Positions 38,470 through 48,784 of a DNA stretch of 64,000 nt are shown here, piece after piece. Position 1 is the stretch's first letter. Every line of letters starts with the position of its first letter. The stretch covers positions 1,438 to 65,437 of the forward strand of contig CAVRLO010000017.1 of the NCBI GenBank assembly GCA_963721815.1. The letters run 5' to 3'. The notes under the pieces were generated by a model that worked only from the letters and a program-made list of their open reading frames with translations, was not told where the DNA came from and made no database searches. The stretch comes from an uncultured Candidatus Rokubacteria bacterium (GTDB lineage: Bacteria; Methylomirabilota; Methylomirabilia; Rokubacteriales; CSP1-6). The translations under genes were made by a program, and so were the position numbers.

Positions 38470-38727
38470 GTGCGGAGGGGCGGGTGGAACGATGATGGAC
38501 ATTACACACGACAAGGCGCCGAGGAGGCACTGCGGGCGAGCGAAGAACGCTTCCGCACGCTCGTGCAATTCTCCTTCGACGTCTACTGGGAAACCGACGC
38601 GCAGCATCGCTTCACCCTCCAGGAGTTTTCCGAGCACCTCGCCGATGCGCAGGCAGGGGGCTCGGAGATCGGCAAGACGCGCTGGGAGATGCCGTCGCTC
38701 TGGGGTGACGCACTGAGAGTTCCATGA
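38470..38727 (+). pseudogene. PAS-domain fragment (5' piece of a sensor protein)
   Basis: ..AEEALRASEERFRTLVQFSFDVYWETDAQHRFT..GKTRWEMP.. stops abruptly. Its stop overlaps the next ATG (ATGA). Confidence 0.6.
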
Positions 38728-41557
38728 GCGATCTCACGATCGGCGCCGCGATGGAAGTCCTGGGCGGCGAATACTACGGCGGCATTCTCGGGGGTATCGA
38801 GCGCGTCGCCCGCGAACGCGCCGCTCGACTCCTGGTGTTCCGCGGGACACCGGGCGACGTGGCCGCCGCGCCGTTCGCTCGCGAGGTCCACGGGTGGATC
38901 GTCGTTCATTCGCTCGTCGGGCTGCCCGCCCTCGCGCGCCTGGGGCTTCCGCTGGTGACCGTCGCCTACCACGATCCGGAGGTCGGGTGCCCCGCCGTTG
39001 TCGCCGACAACACCGAGGGCGTCCGGGACGCGGTGCGCCACCTCATCGCTCACGGCCACTCTCGCATCGCCTTCATCGGCTGGCGCGAGTATCCAGCGAT
39101 CAGGGAACGGTACGAGGGGTATCGCGGCGCGCTGACGGAGAGCGGGCTGCCTTACTCGCCCGAGTTGATCATCGACGTCGAGGACAACCACCTGGCCAGT
39201 GGCCGCGCGGGCGCCCGACAGCTCCTTGGAGGCGGCGCGTTGCCATGCACGGCGGTGGTGGCCGGGACCGACCTGAATGCCGTCGGCGTCATGGAGGTCC
39301 TGCAGGCGGCCGGAGTCCGCGTCCCGGAGGACGTCGCGGTGGTCGGCTTCGACGATAGTGTCGGTGGCGCATCTCGCCGATCCTCCGCTGACCACGCTTC
39401 GCACGCGCTTCGACGAGTTCGGCCGGCGGGCCGCGAATCTGCTCCTCGATGAGATGAGCGGGAGTGCGGTCAGGCGCATCGCGCATCGCGTGCCCGTTGC
39501 ATTGATTCGTCGGCGCTCGTGCGGGTGCGAGACGGTCGACGATCTGGCGCCGCCGCCAGGCGGGGAAGCGCTCGGGAACAGTGTCCTGGCCGCTCACCTC
39601 GTGCGCATGGCGCTGTTCCCGTCCGAGCCGGACCGGGGACCCGCAGACATCTGGCCAGGCGTCGAGACGCTCATCGGCGGAATCGATGCCGCGCTCGCCG
39701 GAGATCCCGAACCGACCGCGGCGGCCTTGAGGCAGGCATGGCAGCAGGCGGTGCGTCTGACACCCGACCTCGATGTGCTGCGAGCGATGAGCGCGCTCCT
39801 GTCTCGTGCCGGAGCGGAGCGCCTGGCCGCCGAGGCCACCAGACCCGGGTCGCGATCACCGCCTCGCGGCGTTCCTCGCGCGGTCGGAGCTCGCGCGCGC
39901 GCGCGCCCGGCTGGCTTACGGGCATGAGGAGATGACCCATCTCGAGGAGCTCACGCAGAAAGCGCCTGCGGCCGTGATGATGCTGCTCTCTGGAAAGGCT
40001 GGGCAGGCTCAGGAGCTCGACTGGCTCAGGCTCACCCCGGCGCGCTGGGGATGTCTCGCGCTGTACGGCGATGCGACGCGCGCTCCGGCGAGCACGCTCA
40101 CCGTGGCTGGCACGTATCGCCTGTCCGGGCCGCCCGTGCCGGATCGAGGCACGCAGTTCATCGCGGGCGCGTTCCCGCCGGTCGAGTGGTGCCCGGCGTC
40201 GGGATCCGCCGTCGGCACCGACGTGCTCATGCTCGTGCCGGTCGCCAGCGCGTCACGCGACTGGGGAGTCCTCGCCCTTCGCGGCCCGATCGAGGCCCAC
40301 GGTGGTTACATCCTCCAGCGTCCGAACAACTTGGCCATGTTGGGGACCCTCCTGGCCGCCGCACTCGAGCGAGACGCCCTCGCGGCCCAGCTTGCCGAGC
40401 TTGCCGATGAAGACCGCAAGAGGGCCGAGCAAGCGCTGCAGCGAAGCGAGGCCACGCTGGCCCAGGCACAGCGGCTGAGCCACACGGGCAGCTGGGTGTG
40501 GGACCGCGCGGCCGGGACCATTTCGTGGTCAGCAGAAATGTTCCGGTTGTTCGATCTCGATCCTCAGCATGGTGCACCGTCCCGAGAGGTCATCGACCAG
40601 CGACTTCACCCGGACGATCGCGAGCGCGTGCACAGCGTCCGTGCCGACGCAGTCCGCGAGAAGATCGACGTCGAACACGAGTACCGGATTCTCCTGCCCG
40701 ACGGAACTCTCAGACACGTGCAGGCGACCTGCCACCCTGTGCTGAATGGAGACGGCGACGTGCTGGAGGTGCTCGGCACCGTGAGGGACGTGACGGAACG
40801 AAGGCGAGCGGAGCTCGCTCTCAGAGAGGCACAAGCGACGCTCGCTCATGTGACGCGCGTGACGACGCTCGGAGAAGTGACCGCGTCGATCGCGCACGAG
40901 GTCAACCAGCCGTTGCTCGGCATGGTCACCAGTGCCTCGTCCTGCTCGCGCTGGCTCGCCGCCCAGCCGCCGAACCTGCAACGGGCGCAGCGGGCGCTCG
41001 AGCGCATCATGAAGGCGGGCACCCGTGCGAGCGCCGTCATCGACCGCGTCCGCACGCTGGTCAAGCGCCAGCCGCTGCGCGTCGCGCCCGTCGACCTCAA
41101 CGAGATTGTCCGTGACGTGATCGCGATGGTTCGCCATGAGCTGCAGCGGTCGGGGGTGTCGCTCAAGACGCGCCTCGCGGAAGAGCTGCCGGCCGTTCCG
41201 GGAGATCGCGTTCAGCTGCAGCAGGTGGTTCTGAACCTGATCCTCAATGCGATCGAAGCGACGCGTGAGATCGAGGGCCGTTCCCGCCAGGTGTGGGTCG
41301 CGTCACGCTTCGAGCATGGCCAGGCTGTGCACGTCGAGGTCCGCGACTCGGGCGTAGGGCTTGCTCCGGATTCGCAGGCCCGAGTGTTCGAGGCGTTCTA
41401 CACGACGAAGCAGAGTGGACTCGGCATGGGGCTCTCGATCAGCAGGTCGATCATCGAAGCGCATGGCGGCAGGATCGGCGCGAGGCCCAATTCCCCTCAC
41501 GGCGCGATCTTCCAGTTCTCGCTGCCCCTTGTGTCCGAGGACACGGGCGTCGCATAA
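38724..41557 (+). pseudogene. multi-domain sensor histidine kinase: LacI-type periplasmic-binding-fold ligand domain + linker + PAS + HisKA + HATPase_c, with two frame changes (about 39360 and about 39840)
   Basis: Frame 1: ..RLLVFRG..AVVADNTEGVRDAVRHLIAHGHSRIAFIG..VVAGTDLNAVGVMEVLQAAGVRVPEDVAVVGFDD. Frame 2: ..HLADPPLTTLR... Frame 3 (39806..41557): ..HTGSWVWD..RILLPDGTLRHV.. PAS, SIAHEVNQPL H-box, QLQQVVLNLILNAIEA N-box, DSGVGL, GLGMGLSISRSIIEAHGG. Confidence 0.75.
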
Positions 41558-41568
41558 CGACGCTGCCC

Positions 41569-42216
41569 ATGCCTGGACCATCCGAGAAGCCAATCGTCTT
41601 CGTCGTCGACGACGACGCCCTGGTTCGCGATGCGGTCGAGGATCTGTTGCAGTCGGTTGGTCTGGAGGTGCGGCTCTTCGCCTCGCCGGGCGAATTTCTG
41701 AAGACTCGACGGCCTGACGCGCCGGGCTGCCTCGTCCTCGACGTCCGACTTCCCGAGCAAAGCGGTCTCGACTTCCAGAAGGCTCTCGTGGGCACCGACA
41801 TGGAGCTTCCGATCATCTTCATCACCGGCCATGGCGACATCTCGATGTCCGTGCGAGCGATGAAGTCGGGCGCCGTGGAGTTCCTCACCAAGCCGTTCCG
41901 TGATCAGGACCTCATCGACGCCATCCAGGCGGCCATCGCGCGCGACCGAGCCCGCCGTGCCGATGCGCGCGTGCTCGTGGAGCTCCGCCGGCGTTTCGCC
42001 GCACTCACGCCACGCGAACAGGACGTGATGCGGCAGGTGGTGAGCGGGCGCCTGAACAAGCAGGTCGCCGGCGATCTCAATCTGAGTGAGGCCAGGGTCA
42101 AGGCGCTGCGCGGTCAGATCATGCGGAAGATGCAGGCGGAAACGCTGCCGGAGCTCGTTCGCATTGCCGACCGGCTCGACATCGCCGGCGGCAAAGAGTC
42201 GGGTCCACCGAAGTAG
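41569..42216 (+). CDS. FixJ/LuxR-family response regulator
   Basis: Start MPGPSEKPIVFVVDDD. Receiver (..LVLDVRLPEQSG..ITGHGD..FLTKPF) plus a LuxR HTH (..LTPREQDVMRQVVSGRLNKQVAGDLNLSEARVKALRGQIMRKM). Confidence 0.9.
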   Translation: MPGPSEKPIVFVVDDDALVRDAVEDLLQSVGLEVRLFASPGEFLKTRRPDAPGCLVLDVRLPEQSGLDFQKALVGTDMELPIIFITGHGDISMSVRAMKSGAVEFLTKPFRDQDLIDAIQAAIARDRARRADARVLVELRRRFAALTPREQDVMRQVVSGRLNKQVAGDLNLSEARVKALRGQIMRKMQAETLPELVRIADRLDIAGGKESGPPK

Positions 42217-42221
42217 TCCTT

Positions 42222-42365
42222 CCTCGCGACGAATGTCGCACGCGCCGGTACAACCGTATCGGCCGATGTCCTCTTGCGGTCAGTCTTCGCGACGAAGGCT
42301 CGGCTACCGTCGCACGCTCGAGCGGCATAGCGTGTTCGCATGATGCACTGCGCGGAGCACATGCG
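42222..42365 (+). repeat. paralogous 5' region R1 (upstream of dedA)
   Basis: Aligns with 43022-43163 over about 115 nt plus the GCACATG start context. Contains GTCGCACGCG (42235-44), TTCGCGAC (42286-93), GTCGCACGC (42309-17) and the palindrome CGCTCGAGCG (42315-24). Confidence 0.8.
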
Positions 42366-42950
42366 GTGACGGCCGAGCACGCGATGTGGCTGTTCGCCTG
42401 GGTCGCCGTAAACCAGGGCGGCGTGCCGATTCCCGTGGTCCCCTCGTTGGTCGCGGCGGGCGCGCTCGCGGGCGCCGGTCACGCAAGCCTCCCCACACTC
42501 GTCGCGGTGATCGTCGGAGCCTCGCTGGTCGCCGACCTGGTCTGGTACGGCATCGGCCGCTGGGCCAGTCCCCATGTGGTCCGTCTCCTGGATCGCCTTT
42601 CGGGTCGCGCCGCCGAGCGTGTGAAGGCCGCCGAGCGACACGTCTTGGCGCACCGGTTCGGCTTCATGCTCTGCTGCCGCTTCCTCCCGGAAGTCAATCC
42701 ACTCGCGGCGGCGATCGCCGGCGCGGCGCGCGTCGCGCCGGGCCGCTACATGCTCGTCGCGACGATCAGCGCGGTCGCGTGGGGCGGGACGTGGACAGGC
42801 GCCGGCTACGCGTTGTACCACGTCACGATCGCAATCGCGCCGACATCAGCCAAGGTCGCGGCGTTCATGCTCGTCACGGGCGTGATTGCCTCCGCCGTCT
42901 TCGCGCTGAAGCGTTGGCGGCGGGCACGGTTGTTGGCACGTGCCCACTGA
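42366..42950 (+). CDS. DedA/SNARE-associated family membrane protein
   Basis: ..VNQGGVPIPVVPSLVAAGALAG..VADLVWYGIGRW..RFLPEVNPLAAAIAG... GTG start (an ATG at 42384 is also possible). Confidence 0.8.
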   Translation: MTAEHAMWLFAWVAVNQGGVPIPVVPSLVAAGALAGAGHASLPTLVAVIVGASLVADLVWYGIGRWASPHVVRLLDRLSGRAAERVKAAERHVLAHRFGFMLCCRFLPEVNPLAAAIAGAARVAPGRYMLVATISAVAWGGTWTGAGYALYHVTIAIAPTSAKVAAFMLVTGVIASAVFALKRWRRARLLARAH

Positions 42951-43021
42951 AGGAGCTCGCGATGAACAGTGACAACACGTGCCCGGTGAGGGGTAGGCGC
43001 GGCACCCAACCGGCTTGTTGC

Positions 43022-43163
43022 ACTCGATCGAGACTAACGTCGCGCGCGCCAGTACCAAAGTATCGCGCGATGTCGTGGTGCGGTCAGCTTTCGCGACCAA
43101 GGCCCGCTATCGTCGCGCGCTCGAGCGCAGTAGCGTCTTAATCAGGACGAGGGGGCACATGGT
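43022..43163 (+). repeat. paralogous 5' region R2 (upstream of the receiver gene)
   Basis: Second copy. Contains GTCGCGCGCG (43039-48), TTCGCGAC (43090-97), GTCGCGCGC (43112-20) and the palindrome GCGCTCGAGCGC (43117-28). Confidence 0.8.
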
Positions 43164-43535
43164 ATGGCGCAACGGCAAGTGATCGCGATCGTGGACGACG
43201 ACGCGTTGATCCGAGAAACGCTGAAGGACCTGCTCGATTCCGCGGGCTACACCTCCGCGGTGTTCTCGTCCGCGCAGGGGTTGCTGAAGTCGAAGCGCCT
43301 CGCCACGTTCGCGTGTCTCATCACCGACATGCGAATGCCGGGGACGACCGGCATCGAGCTGCATCAGAAGCTGGTCGCCGCCGGTCACGCGATTCCCACA
43401 ATCCTCATCACCGCGTATCCGGACGAGACGGTTCGCGCTCGAGCGGTCAGAGCCGGGATCCTCTGCTACCTGCCGAAGCCGGTCACGTCCGATGCGCTGC
43501 TCACCTGCGTCGATGAGGCCCTGGAGGCGCGCTGA
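43164..43535 (+). CDS. single-domain response regulator (receiver only)
   Basis: VIAIVDDD..CLITDMRMPGTTGIELH..ILITAYPD..YLPKP. GAGGGGG Shine-Dalgarno. Confidence 0.9.
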   Translation: MAQRQVIAIVDDDALIRETLKDLLDSAGYTSAVFSSAQGLLKSKRLATFACLITDMRMPGTTGIELHQKLVAAGHAIPTILITAYPDETVRARAVRAGILCYLPKPVTSDALLTCVDEALEAR

Positions 43536-43652
43536 TGCGCGAGCATCGCGGTTCAATCCGTCGTCGCTGTCGGGGGTCGACCCACTGATGGATTTCTATC
43601 GGACGAAACAACGTGCGCTGGCGGCCGATAACGCCGGCGGCAGGAGGGGGCT

Positions 43653-45407
43653 ATGGCGCAAGGCATGAGTAGCGCGCTTGACGACTGCTTGAGCTCCGAC
43701 GATTCGAGGGTGGCGGCCGGGGCAGCCACGATGTTCAAGCCCCGCCGCTCGACGGTGAGCGCGGCAGCACCGGGCCGTCCCCGGTGGGACGTGCTCAGCG
43801 CTGCCGAGGCAAAAATCGAGAAGCTCGAGCGGGACGCGGCCTCGCTCCGAACCACGCTCGACGAACGATTCGGCTTCGACGCGATCATTGGGCGTTCCCC
43901 GAAGTTCATGGCGGCGATCGACGCCGCGCGAAAGGTTGCGGCCACCGCCACGACCGTGCTCCTCACCGGCGAAAGCGGCACCGGGAAGGAAGTCCTGGCC
44001 CGGGCGATCCATCAGGGCAGCGCGCGCGCCGACCGCCCGTTCGTCGCGCTCAACTGCGCGGCGCTGCCAGAGACGCTCGTCGAGTCGGAGCTGTTCGGCC
44101 ATGAGCGCGGCGCCTTCACCGGCGCCGACCGGCTCAAGCGCGGTCGCTTCGAGCTCGCGGCCGGCGGCACGCTCTTGCTCGACGAGATCGGCGAGTTGAC
44201 GCCGGCCGTGCAGGCGAAGCTACTTCGCGTCCTGCAGGAACGGCAGTACGAAAGGGTCGGCGGCACGACGACGCTTGAGGCCGACGTCCGTCTCATTGCC
44301 GCGACCAACCGCGACCTCGAGCGTGCGGTCGCCGACGGTCGGTTTCGCGAAGACTTGTACTATCGCGTCGCGGTGTTCCGGATTCATCTCCCGACGCTCC
44401 GCGAGCGGGACGAGGACGTCCTGCTCCTTGCCGATCACTTCGTCCACGATCTGGGCGCCAAGATGGAAAGACCGGAGCCGCGCTTCAGCGGCGAGGCGCG
44501 CGAGCTGTTGCTGGCGCATTCGTGGCCCGGCAACGTCCGCGAGCTGCAGAACGCCATCGAGCGGGCACTCATTCTTGCCGAGGGCGCTCTGATCTTGGCG
44601 GAGCACCTTGGCATCGTCGGGCGGCCGCTGCGCGACGCGACGATACCGGCCGTCACCGCCGCGCCGACGGAAGACGAGACGACCATGCCGACGATCGCCG
44701 CGCAGGAAAAGCGCATGATCCTCGAGGTCCTCCAGCGCACGCACGGTCACAAGGAACGCGCCGCCGCGATCCTGGGCCTCACCCGTTTTCAGCTCTACGG
44801 CCGCCTGAAGCGCTACCAGATCGAGGTCGCCAGGGGCTCGGAGCGGAACAAGGTTGCACTGCGATCAGGTGTTGATTTACGAGCGACGCTGACGACGCAT
44901 CGAGCATTCGACGTGATCGATCCTCAGAAGAGGACGTCCTGCTCTTTGCCGATCATGTCGAGCGCGTGCTCGGCGCCAGGATGGAACGGCATGAACCCGG
45001 CTTGTTGCCGCTACGGTCAACAGGAGGAGGCCCGCGCCTCGCGGAACGTCGCGGGGTTTCGGGGATGGTTCGCAGGTCCACCAGCAGGTGGGGATTCGCG
45101 GTGTAGGCAAACTGATCGGTGGGTGGTAGTGGCGGTCAGCAGGCCGCGGGGCGTGCGCGCTCGCGCGCTCGTCTCGACGGCGCACGCGCTCGCTGCGCTC
45201 GCCCTGCTGGGATCCGCTCTCGCGGCGTCCGCGCAGCCGGCCGCCCGCCCGGCAGCCACGGGGCCCAATCCGCGCAGGGTCCGGCCAGCACGATCACGCC
45301 GATCCCGATCCCCGAGATCGCCCAGCGCGCCGAGCAAGCCACCACGCTGCTACGTTCGGCACAAGCGCCGGAGGCTTCGGAGTTCCGCGACGCCGAGCTC
45401 GAGCTGA
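43653..45407 (+). CDS. sigma-54-dependent enhancer-binding protein (AAA+ + Fis-type HTH, no receiver domain); family similarity ends near 44840 but the frame stays open to 45407
   Basis: AGGAGGGGG Shine-Dalgarno. ..[25 protein letters not shown] (GAFTGA loop)..[61 protein letters not shown]. Confidence 0.8.
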   Translation: MAQGMSSALDDCLSSDDSRVAAGAATMFKPRRSTVSAAAPGRPRWDVLSAAEAKIEKLERDAASLRTTLDERFGFDAIIGRSPKFMAAIDAARKVAATATTVLLTGESGTGKEVLARAIHQGSARADRPFVALNCAALPETLVESELFGHERGAFTGADRLKRGRFELAAGGTLLLDEIGELTPAVQAKLLRVLQERQYERVGGTTTLEADVRLIAATNRDLERAVADGRFREDLYYRVAVFRIHLPTLRERDEDVLLLADHFVHDLGAKMERPEPRFSGEARELLLAHSWPGNVRELQNAIERALILAEGALILAEHLGIVGRPLRDATIPAVTAAPTEDETTMPTIAAQEKRMILEVLQRTHGHKERAAAILGLTRFQLYGRLKRYQIEVARGSERNKVALRSGVDLRATLTTHRAFDVIDPQKRTSCSLPIMSSACSAPGWNGMNPACCRYGQQEEARASRNVAGFRGWFAGPPAGGDSRCRQTDRWVVVAVSRPRGVRARALVSTAHALAALALLGSALAASAQPAARPAATGPNPRRVRPARSRRSRSPRSPSAPSKPPRCYVRHKRRRLRSSATPSSS

Positions 45408-47609
45408 CGGGGGCCGCCGACTGGATCGACAAGCGCCACGTGAGCACGACAGAGACGCTGGCGTCATCACCCTCGGCGAACGCGCTCGCCAACCTGGCCG
45501 ACGCGTGGCAGGCCATGCGTTCGAGGCTGGTCGCGCTCAACGGCAAGCTCACCAGGCGCGCGACGCTTGCGCAGCAGCGCGTCGAACAGATCGAGACCAT
45601 GCGCGCGACGTGGGTGGCCACGCAAGCGAGCGCGCGCGAAGCGGCGGCCCCGCCGACGGTGCTGGAGCAGATCGACGCGACGATGGCCGTCATCGCGGGG
45701 GCTCGAAGGAACGCCGACGACGGGCTCGCACATGTCCTGGCACTGCAAGATCGCACGGTGAAGGAGATCGCCCGCTGCGACGAGGCCCTCGCGAGAATCG
45801 CGAAGACCGGGAACGCGCGGGTAGGGTCTCTCGTGGCGCCCGACACGCTGCCGATCTGGGGCCCCGCAAGCCCGCACGCTGATGTCGGACGACGTGGGCC
45901 AGCGGCTGCGCGAAGCCGTCCGAGACATGGTCGAGCGGGCGCGCGACTACATCGGCGGCGAGATGGCGCGCCTCCCGCTCCAGATCGTGCTATTCGCGCT
46001 GACGTTCGTGCTGATCCGTCTCGCGCGTCGCGCGGCGCGGGGCAGCGCCGATAAGCAGCCGAGCGAGGCGGCGGCCGCACAGGTGTTCGAGCTGCCGTTG
46101 TCATCCGCGCTCGTTGTCACGCTGATCCCGACCGGCTGGATCTATCCGCAACCTCCGCGCGTCGTGATCAGCGCCGTGTCGATCCTCGTGCTCCTGCCCG
46201 CGGTGCTGATCGTGCGTCGACTCGCCTCGCCGGCGATCGTGCCCGCGGTCTACGCGCTGGCGGCGTTCTTCGTCGTCGACCGCGTGCGAGACGTGTGCTC
46301 CGTCGTTCCGGTGCTGGAGCAGTGGGTGTTCCTGATCGAGATGGTGTGCGGCATCGTGTTCCTGGCGCTCGCCGTGCGGTCCGAGCGCCTCCTGAGGGCG
46401 AGTGGCCAGGAGCTTGCCCTCGGATGGCAGCGCGCGATCGTGGCGGTCCTCTGGGCGCAGGGGTTGCTACTGATCGCCGCGGTCTTCACGGGCGTGTGCG
46501 GGTACATGCGCCTGGCGAGGCTGCTCGGTAACGCGGTGCTCGGCAGCGACTACGCCGCGCTCGTGCTGTACGCAGGCGTGCGAGTCGGCGAAGGACTCAT
46601 CGCCTATGCGCTGCGGGCGCTTCCGCTCCGTGACCTGCTGATCGTGCAGCGGCACCGGCCGTTGGTGCAGCGACGGCTCACGCTGGCGTTGCGCTGGCTG
46701 TCCGTCGGCGCGTGGGCGTACTTCACGCTGGACGGCCTCGGGGTGATCGGGTCGATCTCGTCCGCGGGCACGATGGTGCTCGGCGCGCGCTACGTCCGCG
46801 GGTCGGTGAGCCTGTCGCTCGGCGACGTCGCGGCGTTCGCGCTCACCGTGTCGGCGGTGTTCGTCGTCTCGTCGTTCGTTCGCTTCGTCCTCGACGAGGA
46901 AGTCTACCCGCGCGTGCGCCTGCCGCGCGGGGCGGCGTACGCCCTCGCGACGATCGTGCACTACGTGATCGTCGTCATCGGGTTCGTGCTCGCGGTCGCC
47001 GCGCTCGGGATCGATCTCAACCGGCTGACGATCGTGGCCGGCGCGCTCGGCGTCGGCGTCGGCATCGGCTTGCAAAGCGTGGTGGCGAATTTCGTGTCCG
47101 GGCTCATCCTCCTGCTGGAGCGGCGCCTCCACGTGGGCGACGCGGTTCAGCTGGGCACGCTCGAGGGCCGGATCCGTGAGATCGGCATTCGGGCGACCAC
47201 CATCCGGACGTGGGACGGCGCCGAGGTTATCGTCCCGAACGCCGCCCTGACATCCGAGCGCGTCACCAACTGGACGTTGTCGGACACGCTGCGCCGCGTG
47301 ACGCTCGACGTTGGCGTCGCGTACTCGGCCGACCCGCAACACGTCCTCGAGATCCTCCGCAGCGTCGCCACGGCGCATCCCAAGGCGCTCTCGGATCCAC
47401 CGCCCCTCGCGCTGTGCACCGGCTTCGGCGACAGTGCGCTGAAGTTCGAGCTGCGCGTCTGGACCAGGATCGACGACGCCGAGTCGTTTCTCAGCCATCT
47501 CGCCATTGCCGTGCACGGCGCGCTGTCCGCGGCGAAGATCGAGATCCCGTTCCCGCAGCGCGACGTCCACATCCGGAACGGTGAGCCCGCTCGGGTCGGG
47601 CAGCCGTGA
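45123..47609 (+). pseudogene. DUF3772-type N-terminal domain + MscS-family mechanosensitive channel, two frame changes (about 45270 and about 45880)
   Basis: Signal peptide ..[28 protein letters not shown] lies in the EBP frame. The coiled-coil periplasmic part ..[17 protein letters not shown].. lies in a second frame. The TM region and MscS core (..GVGIGLQSVVANFVSGLILLLERRLHVGDAVQL..IRTWDGAEVIVPNA..) lie in the 45882..47609 frame. Confidence 0.75.
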
Positions 47610-47954
47610 GGGTCCAGATCGTGCGGTACGTCACGACCCTTGGCCTGCTCTTCGTCATTCTTGTGTCGCCGGCGGCGTCCCAGCCGCCAACCCTGGCGGC
47701 AGCAGCCGCTGGTCATCGAGGGCCGGGTTCTGTGGATCGACTTTGGCAGCCAGACGTTGATGCTCGCACCGGCGGCCGGCGGCCCGGCCATCGCCATCGA
47801 CCTGCACCGCATCAGACAGAGCGACTACCACGGGTTCCGTGGGAACGAGTACGTGCAGGTGGTGGGCTACGTTCTCCGGCCAAGCCGCCGGATCCAGGCA
47901 TTCCAGCTCTACCTGGTGACCCCGTGGTTCCCGATGCAACCACAGAGCCCCTGA
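47606..47954 (+). pseudogene. small secreted hypothetical protein, signal peptide and body in different frames
   Basis: GTG overlaps the MscS stop (GTGA). The signal peptide ..YVTTLGLLFVILVSPAASQ lies in one frame. ..LVIEGRVLWIDFGSQTLMLAPAAGGPAIAIDLHRIRQSDYHGFRGNEYVQVVGYVL.. lies in the 47640 frame. Confidence 0.45.
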
Positions 47955-48130
47955 GGCCTCAGACGTGGACAAGAAATCGCACGGTAGCGAACGTCGTGGC
48001 CGCGTGAACCATCGCAAACAAGGAGTCCGGTCAACGCCGGGCGCTCCTGACCGAATGGATTTCGACTCCCTTGGCTGGCAAACGCTCGCGGCTCGCTCGG
48101 GCAACTTCTTCCCATCCTGGCGGCCAAGCT

Positions 48131-48784
48131 TCAACGCGGCAGCGTCCGGATCTCGGCCGCGATCTCCTGGCCGAGGGTGACGACCGCGCGGGCCATAGCG
48201 GCCACCATCGGCTCGTAGCCGCGGCCCGATGCAGCCTCGATCACCGTGGTTCGCCGGAACGCCAGCTCGTCGCCGTCTCGGCCGAGAATTCGCCAGCGCG
48301 TGTCGAGCGTGACCTCGCCGCCCGGGCGCCCATCGAAACGCAGAACCGCGACGAAGACTTGGTACTGGATGACCCGGGCGACCACGCCTGGCCACGGGAA
48401 CGTGACGATCCGATCGGTGGGGACGCGGGCGCCGATTTCCTCGGCCAGGGTCCGGGCGATCCCGTCCGCGAGCGGCTCAGCCCAGCGGTGGAACATGGAG
48501 AGCTCCACCCGATCGGCGCCGGTGCGGATCACGATTTGGCTGCGATCGAGGTAGCTAGGCAAGATCACGGGCCCCACGCCAATGCCCACGGGGCCGGTCG
48601 CGGCGACGCGACTCCACGAGGTCGACGCACTGGCCTTGCGCTCCACGCTCTCCGCAGTGGGCGAGCTGGCCGCGGCCTGGCCGAGGGTGTAGAACTGCGT
48701 CGGGTCGCTGACGGCGCAGCCGGCCAGGCCGATGGACGCGGTCAGGCCGAGCAGGCGTCGAACCACCGCTCGGTGGTCCATCAC
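48131..48784 (-). CDS. PqiC-like (DUF330) transport-auxiliary lipoprotein
   Basis: Lipobox ..SIGLAGCA. ..FYTL..GVGPVILPSYLDRSQIVIR..ELSMFHRWAEPL... 4-nt overlap with the MCE gene. Confidence 0.85.
   Translation of the reverse strand: MMDHRAVVRRLLGLTASIGLAGCAVSDPTQFYTLGQAAASSPTAESVERKASASTSWSRVAATGPVGIGVGPVILPSYLDRSQIVIRTGADRVELSMFHRWAEPLADGIARTLAEEIGARVPTDRIVTFPWPGVVARVIQYQVFVAVLRFDGRPGGEVTLDTRWRILGRDGDELAFRRTTVIEAASGRGYEPMVAAMARAVVTLGQEIAAEIRTLPR

Noticed and set aside
42234-43141. Short ORFs inside the R1/R2 repeats (MSHAPVQPYRPMSSCGQSSRRR.. and ..MSWCGQLSRPR..) as conserved uORFs or peptides.
   Set aside because: R2 lacks the first ATG. A 1-nt indel between the copies destroys the common frame after about 12 codons. 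Nucleotide conservation is better than peptide conservation, so a non-coding role is favoured.
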